From the NCBI GenBank assembly GCA_030167865.1, contig JALAGF010002605.1, positions 55,958 to 75,957 of the forward strand: a stretch of 20,000 bases of DNA, in the 5' to 3' direction. This DNA comes from Craspedostauros australis (taxonomy: Eukaryota). Shown here piece after piece: positions 11,111-20,000 of the stretch. The translations under genes and the position numbers were made by a program. The stretch's first letter is position 1. Each line of letters starts with the position of its first letter. The notes beneath the pieces are model-generated. The model saw nothing but the letters and a program-made list of their open reading frames with translations, did no database searches and was not told the origin of the DNA.

Positions 11111-12346
11111 TTACAGATGCTGCATCCATTGAAGCATCTTGCTGTTCACTTGTTCTGGCCGTTCATCGTGAGGACAGTGGCCGGTATTGTCGAGAACCAC
11201 CATCTCGAAGGGCCCCTTCGCGTATTGCTCGAAGGAATCGCCTGGGTGCATGCCGCCGTCGTATGGCGTCCAAGGATCTGCACCACCCCACAACGCCAGT
11301 ATAGGCACATCCAGCGTCGGCAGGATGGATTCTGGCGTTGGACCCGGCGGCCCAGCGAACGTCTTGAGGAAGACTTGCTGCGCTCCCGCATCGTCGGACG
11401 GCCCCAGCAGAATCTCCAGAAGATCCTCGTTGACGTTGGTAAGATCGCGGTACACGCCCTGCGTGGTGAGGATGGATTCGACGTTCTCGCGAGACTTGAA
11501 GTTCTCAAAGAAAGCGCCGCCCAGCGTCGGTCCCAGAACCACATTCTGCACGAACCAAAGGATGGGACGCGCGAGGAGAGGGGCGTCTTCGTATCGGAAT
11601 CCCGTCATGCCGCCCGCGCAGTTGAAGAGGACCACGCCGCGGACGGGCATCTTCTGGGCCAACGCCAATGAGCAGAGGCCACCGATGGAGTTACCGGCGA
11701 CGATCCATTGTTTGGGGTTGTTCTGGTGCTGCAGGAAGTCTTCCAGAAGGGCCACAAAGAGCTCGATGCTGTATGGCTCGCAGCCTGGTTTGTCGGATGC
11801 GCCGAAGCCCAGCAAGTCGACGGCGTAGACGCGGTATCCGGCCTCCGTGAGCGCAGGGAACTGGTAACGAAAGTGGTTCACGTTGGCGCCGAATCCGTGG
11901 ATCAAGAGGATGGGTTGACCATCTTCCGGACCTTCCACGCGGTAGTTGATGTTGTAGGGCTTGGTGCTTTTGAGGAATTGCTCATTCGTCCATTGGAAGG
12001 TCTCGTACTTGCGTCGGACAGCACCATTTCCATTGTTGCTGTTGCTGCCTTCGCCGTTGGCTTGCCCAGAAGATGGCGCTGCGGCCTCATCGGAAGCATT
12101 TGTTGCAACCGAAGCCAGCTGCTGCGATTGCAGAGACCGTGTTGCCAAGACCGATTGCCCCGTGCGCTCTGTGATGACCTCTGTCACATGGTTGGGAACG
12201 AGAGACAGCTGACGCTGCGTGCTCCCGCGATTGGTACCTGTCGTTGTGTCCACAACAAAAGCAGAAAGGCACGGCACGGATCCCAAGCACAAAGCGATGG
12301 TCAAGATCAGCGATCGGATGGCATGCTTGGCAGTGCTGCTCGTCAT
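11111..12346 (-). CDS. Alpha/beta hydrolase, pheophytinase-like, probably plastid-targeted (about 411 aa)
   Basis: First ATG at 12346 (the track start at 12361 is TTG). Hydrophobic signal ending CLSA-FVV (ASAF-type), then a Ser/Thr/Arg-rich transit-like region. Oxyanion motif HGFGA, DLLGFGASDKP, nucleophile GNSIGG, WGGADPWTP (Asp), GHCPHDE (His). Confidence 0.85.
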   Translation of the reverse strand: MTSSTAKHAIRSLILTIALCLGSVPCLSAFVVDTTTGTNRGSTQRQLSLVPNHVTEVITERTGQSVLATRSLQSQQLASVATNASDEAAAPSSGQANGEGSNSNNGNGAVRRKYETFQWTNEQFLKSTKPYNINYRVEGPEDGQPILLIHGFGANVNHFRYQFPALTEAGYRVYAVDLLGFGASDKPGCEPYSIELFVALLEDFLQHQNNPKQWIVAGNSIGGLCSLALAQKMPVRGVVLFNCAGGMTGFRYEDAPLLARPILWFVQNVVLGPTLGGAFFENFKSRENVESILTTQGVYRDLTNVNEDLLEILLGPSDDAGAQQVFLKTFAGPPGPTPESILPTLDVPILALWGGADPWTPYDGGMHPGDSFEQYAKGPFEMVVLDNTGHCPHDERPEQVNSKMLQWMQHL

Positions 12347-13161
12347 GGTTGCTTCGTTCAATCCCGAAGGTGTTGGTACATCTACTATTATACGAGTATG
12401 AGTACGAGCTTGGGTACGAGCATGAACAATAGTATGTGAGTAGTACTTGTTGGTAATTGCTGTTGTAACTTGTTGTTGGGCTTGGTTGGTTTCACCTGCT
12501 TCTCTTCCTCTCGTTGCGCTGGGATGTAGCTTTTGCTTTGGCTCCTGGCCGACGACGAGGCACCATCAGCATCCGCTCCCTCCACGGGCCAACTCTCCTT
12601 CTCTGTCTCTCTGTCTGTGATCATGGTGACGTCATGTTCCCTCAACAGGGTGATTGGCGGAGAAGGCGACATCGGAAATCATGCACATCATTCACGATGG
12701 AGTCACGTTTGTGAACTTGGCGCCAGAGAAGTGATTCTTTGCTTGACGAGTCCATCTCCTGGCAATACCTGCATCGATGTGTGTGGTATGGCACACATAG
12801 TATTAGTGCCATGATGGGTTGTCGATCCAGGAGAATCAAAGGAGTGCCTGAAGAAGTTGGCGCAAGCGTAAACGAAGGCGATCCTACGAAAGCAGCACAC
12901 ATCCAACAATCGCAACCGGAACGACCACAGAAAGCAAGGCGAGAAGAAGGCATTCCTCCATTGCATCATACTCTGCTCTACTCTACTCTATCTGACGCGA
13001 GAGAGTAGTCCATTGAGGAGCGCCGCTGAAAGTCGTTGATGGTTCAATGACAATGTGAGCATACACGTAAAGTACCCGTAGAATCGGATGCAAATAATTC
13101 TGCTTCTGTATTTCTGCTGCGCGAATATGCGCATGCAAATATACCAGTGTGGGATGGCACC

Positions 13162-14505
13162 CTAACCCAGAATGTGACCCTCCTTGGCCGCCTTGTGCCC
13201 CTTGCCGTGGATCTTGACCTTGGTCTTTCTTCGCTTGCCCTGAACCTTCTTGTTCTTCTTCAATGCCTTCTTGGCGGACATGTCGCGATCGGAGAAGCTG
13301 ACCATGCGGTCGGTGATGAGACTGCCCTTGGGCTTGATGCCGCGCAGTCCGCCTCCCGTGCGCACGGCCTTGACGTCGGTCGACAGCGCCACGGGCATGG
13401 TCGGTGCGCCGATGGGATTTTCCTGCGATATCTGCTGAATGACGTCCTTGCCGCGCTTGCGCTGGGTGCTCGCCTTCAGCGCCTCGACGCGGGCCTTGTC
13501 GGCTGCCTTCGTGGCCGCCTCCTTGCGCAGCTTCTTGGATATCGTCTTGGCCTCGGCGACAGAGTTCATCAGCTTCTTCTGCTTCTTGCGCTGTCGCATC
13601 TCCTTCTCCTCCTGCCGCAACCGTTTCTGCTTGTTGCGTTCCGCGCGCGTCATTTTCTCCTTCTTTTTGAGTTGGATGAGTTGGTCGGCGCTGCCATCGC
13701 CATTTTCGTTCTTCTCATCATCGTTGTCGTTACCATCGTCGTCATCCGAATCCGAATCAGAGTCGCTGAGAAGCAGCGCCTTTGTTTCTTCGGACATCCC
13801 GGTGGAGATGGGCGCCTTCCTCTGGTTCTCGGCATGATCTCTTCGCATTTCCACCTCCACGGCAGCCTCGATGATCTTCTTGTGCTCCACCTTGTCGGGG
13901 TTGTACGACTGGCCCGATTTTGCCACGTCGATCGCCACGGCATCATGCTGAGATTTGTGCGCTAACCTCGTGACGACGTGATCCGCAGTGTGCTTGTCTG
14001 GCTTGATGCCGGCCAACGTGGTCCCGATCGTCGATTGCACGAGGGGAGATTTGGTGGCCTTGTCCTTCGCGGGGACGATCGAAGAAGACTTGGCTTGGCG
14101 TTTCTTCGCATCGGAAGCGCCCGCGCCACTGTCATCCTCATCCCAAAGGTCGAAGTTCGCCTTGACCTTGCCTTTGTTCTTTGCTCGATTCGCCCTCTTC
14201 TTTCCATCCAACACCAGCTTCCTCAGCTTCTCCTTCGAATGTGTGGCCAGCAGCCGTTTAACCTCGCGCTTTTCCTTCGTGGACGGCAGCCGCGCCTTGC
14301 GCTTCTTCTCTCTCGCCAGCGCATTCTTCGAGAGGCCGACCTTGCGGCTGTCTGCCTGCGTATCGATCGTGAAGAGCTCCTCATCCGCCTTTGCCTCGAC
14401 CGCCTTGGTCTCCACCTTGGCAGCCGCCGTCTCCAAGAGTTCCGTCTGAGCCTCACGGGCCCTCTTGTTGGCCCGCATCACGGCTCTGCGCACTTTGCGA
14501 CCCAT
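13162..14505 (-). CDS. NOP53: Ribosome biogenesis protein NOP53 (GLTSCR2/PICT1 family), about 447 aa
   Basis: Start MGRKVRRAVMRANKR at 14505. Mtr4 arch-interacting motif ELFTID, FDLW, GQSYNP, acidic tract followed by KKEKMTRAERNKQKR, C-terminal LRGIKPKGSLITDRMVSF. Very Lys/Arg-rich. Confidence 0.88.
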   Translation of the reverse strand: MGRKVRRAVMRANKRAREAQTELLETAAAKVETKAVEAKADEELFTIDTQADSRKVGLSKNALAREKKRKARLPSTKEKREVKRLLATHSKEKLRKLVLDGKKRANRAKNKGKVKANFDLWDEDDSGAGASDAKKRQAKSSSIVPAKDKATKSPLVQSTIGTTLAGIKPDKHTADHVVTRLAHKSQHDAVAIDVAKSGQSYNPDKVEHKKIIEAAVEVEMRRDHAENQRKAPISTGMSEETKALLLSDSDSDSDDDDGNDNDDEKNENGDGSADQLIQLKKKEKMTRAERNKQKRLRQEEKEMRQRKKQKKLMNSVAEAKTISKKLRKEAATKAADKARVEALKASTQRKRGKDVIQQISQENPIGAPTMPVALSTDVKAVRTGGGLRGIKPKGSLITDRMVSFSDRDMSAKKALKKNKKVQGKRRKTKVKIHGKGHKAAKEGHILG

Positions 14506-14713
14506 CCTGGCTGATTTGTTCGTGGTATTGGTGGTATTGGTGGTAGCGATAGATGCGATGTGTTCATGAACCGAATGACCGATCGCTTCGGGTTGTTGGA
14601 AGCTGGGCGGTTGTGAATGGTGGTGGAGGTAGTCGTATGACACCTAAGAGCTGTCCTGCTCTGCGTACTCTCCTCTACTCTGCATGGTGTGTCTGTGGTG
14701 TTTGTTCTTCCCC

Positions 14714-14760
14714 TCACCTTTTTCTGTTCTTCACCTTTTTCTGTTCTTCACCTTTTTCTG
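14714..14760 (+). repeat. 17-bp tandem repeat (TCACCTTTTTCTGTTCT) x2.8 upstream of NOP53
   Basis: Units at 14714-14730, 14731-14747 and a partial unit at 14748-14760. Confidence 0.8.
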
Positions 14761-14765
14761 GTGTG

Positions 14766-14790
14766 TTGGTTGGTTGGTTGGTTGGTTGGT
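14766..14790 (+). repeat. (TTGG)n microsatellite, about 6 units
   Basis: Read directly. Confidence 0.8.
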
Positions 14791-15097
14791 CGATCATCCA
14801 CGATCACGAAGTCAGCGCCTTCGTATGTTCGCCGACCGTCGTCAAAAGGGCATGAAGGAGCAAAGCGTCTGTTCCATGCTATCCGCAAAGAAGGGGTGGG
14901 TGGTGCAGACGAACAAGCATACAATTAGAGAAGAGTCGAGTAGTCTGACAGCAAGGGAGGAGCACCTGGAAGCGGCAACTCTTGTCTACTCTAAAATAAT
15001 CTCCGATTCCTTTTACTTTTCCTATTGCATCGCTCTCTACTCCATTGCGCATTGATGTCTGAGATATCAGGTGAAGCAGTGGCAGCGCTCCACAATT

Positions 15098-15127
15098 CAA
15101 CAACAACAACAACAACAACAACAACAA
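15098..15127 (+). repeat. (CAA)10 microsatellite
   Basis: Read directly; intergenic, downstream of the ligase-like gene. Confidence 0.9.
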
Positions 15128-15241
15128 CGGCGAGCGCAGTATAGCGACTCAAATTGACTTCATTTGATATGGCAACACCAAATTTATCTCGATACTCGTA
15201 CCATACGCCTTATAATACAAGTATAGCAAACCACTTTCGGC

Positions 15242-16003
15242 CTACGATTGATCAATCGGCGCGAGGAAGACCGGTGGCCTCGCCGCGGCCTTGTTGGTGA
15301 TGAACGAGCATTTGCGATCGAAGCATTCCGACCGCAGTTTCCAGTACTTGCCCACGTGGAAAATGATCAGTCCTTCGGAAGGCTGTTCGGCCTCCAGCAG
15401 GTACTCCCTCATCCCTCCATAGGTCCTTTCCATGGCGTCGCTGCACACCTGCTCGGAATGGATCGCGATCGCCACGTCCTCTGGCACATTGGGAGTCTTG
15501 TTGAACTTTGCTCCCACCCACTCGATGCTGACAAAGTCGGTGCCCGATTCTCGCATCTTGGAGCGGATGTGTTCGGCATGATTCTCGATGATTTGCAGCA
15601 TGGCCTTGTTTCGCTTGATGGCCTTCTTGCCTTGCACGTTCAATGTGATGGGGTCGTAAAAGTACGAGTGCATCGAGTATGTGTCGGGGTTCTGACCAGG
15701 TGGCAACTCCAAGCAGCCGTTTGGCATGGGCTTGCCCTTCGTATCCAAACGCTGGAGGCCGATCAGCCTCCCATCCTGTTCATCGTCCTCCATCTTTATC
15801 ATACCGTTGGCGCCGTCAATCTTGAAGTACAGCGATCCCTCCTCCAGGGCGCGCTTCGCCTCGTCGGAATGGAACTCGTCGATGTACTGGTAATCATTCT
15901 GAGCTTCCCCATCCCCGAACTTGAAGATGTGCTCCATCTTTCCGCCGTTGAACGCAGCGGTGGTGGGAGCTTCGTCCGCTGATTCGCTGGATGCTGCCAT
16001 CAT
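15242..16003 (-). CDS. Putative ATP-dependent RNA ligase, RLIG1/C12orf29 (DUF5565)-like; true N-terminus uncertain
   Basis: Nucleotidyltransferase motifs in the expected order: I FKIDGANG (KxDG at 15812-15823), Ia QRLDTK, III SIEWVG, IV SEGLII, V YWKLR. Also KMEHIF and IAIH segments resembling my recollection of C12orf29 (KMPCVF, KVDG, ARLDRK, LELIG, IPHG, IEGIVW). First in-frame ATG at 16003 gives 253 aa; the frame stays open upstream to about 16123. Confidence 0.72.
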   Translation of the reverse strand: MMAASSESADEAPTTAAFNGGKMEHIFKFGDGEAQNDYQYIDEFHSDEAKRALEEGSLYFKIDGANGMIKMEDDEQDGRLIGLQRLDTKGKPMPNGCLELPPGQNPDTYSMHSYFYDPITLNVQGKKAIKRNKAMLQIIENHAEHIRSKMRESGTDFVSIEWVGAKFNKTPNVPEDVAIAIHSEQVCSDAMERTYGGMREYLLEAEQPSEGLIIFHVGKYWKLRSECFDRKCSFITNKAAARPPVFLAPIDQS

Positions 16004-16522
16004 GATGCTTCCGTGAGGCGCCCAGGTCCCGATGCTGCGCGCAACAAAGCCTGAAGCGTGCAACGACAGAAGGAGGTAAATAAAAAGACGAAGATAATCA
16101 TGAGGGTGAAGGTGAAGTTGAAGCTAATGGTCGTCTCGAGGATTGTGCGAGCACTTGTGTGGAGCTGCTTCGAACGAACGAAAGCAATTGGGATAGCGAA
16201 GCTCATGACAGCAGAAGAACAACAAAAGAGAAGCAGGCAGCGGTTGAGTTGCTCATGGGCCACAAATATTCTTGGCAGTACGCCGGTACCCGTGAGTAAT
16301 GGAAGACGAGCAGTCTCTCCGGAGCGCTCCTGTTCGTACCCACCAAGTCAATGGTATGAGAAACGCTCGACAACTTGTTGTTGGTGCATGATAAGAAATG
16401 TGGAAATTTGTTGAGGACACCATTCGACCAGAATCGCACGAGACGGCAGCGCATGTTTGCGTCGGACACGGAGTGTCGGCAAAAGAATTGGCGCATTCGC
16501 CGAATCAGGGTTGGACGAACAC

Positions 16523-16527
16523 AAAAA
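16523..16527 (-). terminator. RNA polymerase III oligo-T terminator of tRNA-Leu
   Basis: TTTTT immediately follows the discriminator base on the minus strand. Confidence 0.8.
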
Positions 16528-16607
16528 TGACACCAGTGGGATTTGAACCCACGCCAATTAAGACTGCGACCTGAACACAGCGCCTTAGACCACTCGGCCA
16601 TAGTGTC
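16528..16607 (-). tRNA. trnL-CAG: tRNA-Leu, anticodon CAG
   Basis: GACACTA TGGCCGAGTGGTCTAAGGCG CTGTG TTCAGGT CGCAG TCTTAATTGGC GTGGG TTCAAAT CCCAC TGGTGTC A: acceptor stem, A box, anticodon stem-loop with CAG, long variable region (class II), B box/T-loop. No intron, no encoded CCA. Confidence 0.96.
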
Positions 16608-16839
16608 GATTGTTGTCTATGCTTCCATATTGCAAATATATACATTCTTTTGTTGTTCCACACAACCATTTTGTCGTGGTATGGTGGTTGGTATTCGTTC
16701 GTTGGAGTCGTCGCGATCTCATCGAAGCACCGACCTCACCATGGAGGATCATGTTGGCAGGTGGAAGCATCTATTGTTTGATGTCAAAATGATATCCTAC
16801 AGTCATGTACGACAGTCGTGTACCACGGTCGTGCTACAA

Positions 16840-18416
16840 CTACGTATGGTCATGTGCCGATGTTGCCTTGTTCACCCTCGGCTTCTTTGCCAATAGTATC
16901 TGGTCCAGATCAACGTCAACGTCCAATCTCATTCCGCGCATGTGACTGAACAAAACGTGGTGACCAGATAACAACAGATAAATCGCTGTCGGGTCGTCGG
17001 TAATCCTCTCGTGGCAGGCCAGAAACCCAAGCATTTTATAGACATGCGCATCCGCATCTGCATATTTCGGTGACGATGATAAGTTCGTTTCACGAAGGCG
17101 CTTGCCCTCGGACCCCCTGTGGTTCGACCGGCCACGAATCCTAACGGTTCCATCAGGTCTATCAACTCTACCACTTGCTGGAATACTAGCAGCGGAAGCG
17201 GTGTCGACACCCACGAGACTGTTCTCGTGCCCAGCACCACAAGGGCTGCCGTCTGCCATCCGTCGCATCGTCTTCATTTTGAGACGGAGGCGATTGTGCA
17301 GCAGAAGGGGGGAGATCATCTTGGTCCAGACGTCATGGCTCACTGCGAGAGGGTTTACTGTGAGTCGGAGAATGTGCGGAGCCTTTCGTAGTTGCCGTTG
17401 AATGCGTGGGACCAGCAGCGCGTGCGCACCTGCCCCGTACCATGTCATCCAGTATCGGACCTGACTGAGTTTTGGATTTGATATGAGCATCTCCAAATGC
17501 CGCATCCATTTGGCTGCGGTGGTATGCCCACTGACGATGACGGTCTCCAATTCCCCACGATACTTCGATGTGGCGCGGATAAACCCATCCCACGCGCTGT
17601 CGGGCGCTTGTGGCGAGTTATGGATGATAACTTCTTTCACGTGGCATGGAAGTCGACGCCGCAATTGATCCGTCAACGAATGGAGCACCTGTTGGCAGTG
17701 GTGGGAGCATCTCAATCGCAGTGTCTGCAGCCTGACACCGCTTCCTGACAGCGCCTCCACGAGTTGCTGCGGGTTGAACGGCAAGTGATCATCTCTGTCT
17801 ATTGTCAATCGCGTTGCGCGCTGCAGCATCCATTCAATTTCGTTCTTTTTGAGTCTTTCCACCTGGCATGCAAATTCGATTGGTGGCAATTGCATCCAAG
17901 GACCGCCCCCCGATGTGCCTCTTATCACGCTCATCAATCTGCAGTCATTGATCAGAACCTCAACATGAGGATCGCTCTTCGCCATCTTCAAACGGATGCG
18001 AAGATTGACTGGATGCTGGTGCAATCCTCATCGATCCGCTCAATCGGATCAATCCTTGCAAAGCAGAAAACGGAATGAGATGGCATACTGAAGAATAACT
18101 TCATGTCGCTCACGGAGCATTTCCTGCGGCTTTGAATCAGCACCGATGCATGGAACAACACCGACCCGCGGGTCCGAACGAATCCAGCAAAATCATCCCA
18201 GCTGGTGATATGCTGGCCAAGGATGTCGTCCCAGATCGTCACGTCGTGGACCTGAACTCCCCATCTCGCTTCGAGGCATGATACTGACTTGATCGGCAGG
18301 TCGTTGTGGCGAAGGGTGCCTGAAATCGGCTGCCCCTCCCGCAACATCGTCGAAACATTCGCAACTGGTTTCTGATACGTGGTATTGTTGACGTTGCTCT
18401 TCGTGTTGCTCTTCAT
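16840..18416 (-). CDS. Hypothetical protein, probably two exons (about 492 aa), possibly a degenerate RNI-like/leucine-rich family member
   Basis: Two same-strand ORFs (17988-18416, 16840-18024) can be joined by a phase-0 98-nt intron 18113-18016 (GTGAGC..CACCAG), giving RRKCS|HPVNLR. Weak LxxLxL-like strands (LQTLRLR, VKEVIIH, LETVIVS, ILRLTVN). The splice model and family are tentative. Confidence 0.5.
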
Positions 18417-19467
18417 GTTGCTGATGGTGGAAGTGGGGTTGTACGACTACTCATTGGCGTTGCGAGTATGCAAGCAATATACGTACTTATTGCAGCTGAT
18501 GACGAGTATCCTGAACGAGTCGTTGCGCACCGAGATGAGTACGGCATGGACATGTCGCGTAGTGAATGGTATCGTACAAGCGGTCCCGAGGATGGTTGGC
18601 ACCGCTTGCCATCAACAATGGGTTGTACCGGCAGAGTATCCATACTGCGCCGGACGAGCATGTTACCGCACCATACTTGGCACCACACATCAAGCATCAA
18701 GGCATCATTCGCCACACAGCCACACGCATGGTTGGCACAGAACAAGATGGAGGAGAGGCGCGGAGCGATCGGAACAAAAGTCCTTGTTCTTGTTCTTTTT
18801 CATTTTGGTATCTTTCGCGGACGGAGGCCAGGCTTGGAAGTGTCATGATTACATGGTGGCGACCCAAATAACGTCTAATTAACGATCAACGTCTCGAAGT
18901 GACAACCAAACATAGCAAGAACCAATGAGTCGGCATGTTTGGCAATCGTGGAATGGCTCATTCTCCGATGTGGGACTCGACTTGATTGATATTGGATTGC
19001 TATTGGATTCTTATTTTTTCCATGCCTTATCGGGCGGAATTGACGTTAGAAGCGTGCCGACTGCTTCCAATCAATGCTGTTTCCACGATCGCGGCGGTTA
19101 CAAGTATGGCCAACAAGTAAACCAAGCATGAATAAAGTATATAAAACGGAATACGCCGAGAGCGCGCCAGCCGCAAGCATCAATTTCGCCAAAGCGCTGT
19201 CACACATTTTCTTCGGTCAAAACGTTTGTTGTCAAGACAAACAACTGCCGCAACGGCTGACACCATGGCAATGACAGTGTCAACAACACGGCAATGGCAT
19301 TGTCAACAACAGTGTCAACAACGCACAATCACAACGCCAACACCAACAAAGTTCGTCAACAGAAATCAGTTTTCCCACTCTTCACTCCTCCTTCATCTCA
19401 CAATCTCAGATCTTGCTATCTCTGCAACGCTCAATCACAGGAACAACCAGAGTATCAACAAGCAATC

Positions 19468-19488
19468 CAACAACAACAACAACAACAA
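19468..19488 (+). repeat. (CAA)7 in the presumed SIT 5' UTR
   Basis: Ends 5 nt before the SIT ATG. Confidence 0.8.
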
Positions 19489-19493
19489 GCAAG

Positions 19494-20000
19494 ATGGATC
19501 CCGTTCAGCTCATCAAGTCCGTGTACTCCACCGGCCTTCTCATCTTCTCGATCACCATCGTCTGCGGACTCATCTTCAATGAGCAGACCAAGGTCTCGTC
19601 CGAGGTCCACCCAGTGGTCGCCNNNNNNNNNNNNNNNNNNNNNNNNNNNNNNNNNNNNNNNNNNNNNNNNNNNNNNNNNNNNNNNNNNNNNNNNNNNNNN
19701 NNNNACCGCGACCTCTACGTCGAATCCCACCCAACCGCCCACCAGTGCACCTCCCTCGCCCACAAGGGTGACAACCTCGATCGCTACCTCATGGGACGCC
19801 AGTTCATGGTCCTCCTCATGGTCTTCACCATCAACCAGTGCGGTGCCCCGCTTGCCGATGCCGAAGTCTTCGGACTCCCAGACATCATCATTCAGATCTT
19901 CCTCGGATCTGGGGCTGCCATGATCCTCATGACCGCTCAAGCCGGACAGCTCAACTCCCAAGTCAACGCCTCCCTCTGCATGCTTGACTACATCAACAAC
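19494..20000 (+). CDS. SIT: Silicon (silicic acid) transporter SIT, 3'-truncated by the window edge and spanning an N gap
   Basis: Not in the ORF track. Translates MDPVQLIKSVYSTGLLIFSITIVCGLIFNEQTKVSSEVHPVVA-[gap]-RDLYVESHPTAHQCTSLAHKGDNLDRYLMGRQFMVLLMVFTINQCGAP...GQLNSQVNASLCMLDYINN. Contains the diagnostic GRQ (GXQ) and CMLD motifs; frame is preserved across the gap. Confidence 0.96.
   Translation, partial: MDPVQLIKSVYSTGLLIFSITIVCGLIFNEQTKVSSEVHPVVAXXXXXXXXXXXXXXXXXXXXXXXXXXXXRDLYVESHPTAHQCTSLAHKGDNLDRYLMGRQFMVLLMVFTINQCGAPLADAEVFGLPDIIIQIFLGSGAAMILMTAQAGQLNSQVNASLCMLDYINN
19623..19704. other. Assembly gap (82 N)
   Basis: Run of N inside the SIT coding sequence. Confidence 0.99.

Noticed and set aside
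13147-14514. Plus-strand Leu-rich ORFs
   Set aside because: Antisense to Lys/Glu-rich NOP53; the hydrophobicity is a complement artefact.
14506-14643. 46-aa N-terminal extension of NOP53 in the ORF track
   Set aside because: Begins at a non-ATG codon and is low complexity; the basic MGRK start at 14505 fits the family.
14714-14790. Repeats as a CRISPR array or telomeric seed
   Set aside because: No spacers or cas genes, eukaryotic context, and not TTAGGG; simple tandem repeats.
15248-15982. 244-aa plus-strand ORF
   Set aside because: Antisense shadow of the ligase-like gene, which carries the recognisable motifs.
19226-19961. ORFs 19226-19582, 19294-19923 (polyQ) and 19455-19961
   Set aside because: Alternative frames or antisense of SIT and its CAA-rich leader.

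Overview
Gene-dense eukaryotic nuclear DNA, almost certainly from a diatom (silicon transporter gene, ASAF-type bipartite plastid presequence, GT-AG introns). In order: 3' part of VAC14 (+); five-exon condensin subunit SMC2 (-); a secreted M6 (immune inhibitor A-like) metalloprotease with an 11-nt coding first exon, a Pro/Ser/Thr linker and two tandem C-terminal domains I cannot name (+); a likely plastid-targeted pheophytinase-like alpha/beta hydrolase (-); ribosome biogenesis factor NOP53 (-); a nucleotidyltransferase resembling the RLIG1/C12orf29 (DUF5565) 5'-3' RNA ligases (-); tRNA-Leu(CAG) (-); a hypothetical, probably two-exon protein (-); and the 5' half of a silicon transporter SIT interrupted by an 82-N gap (+, missing from the ORF track). 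Most notable is the RLIG1-like RNA ligase lying between a tRNA gene and NOP53, with a cryptic organelle-targeting-like N-terminus. All family calls come from motif recognition by eye, not from database searches.
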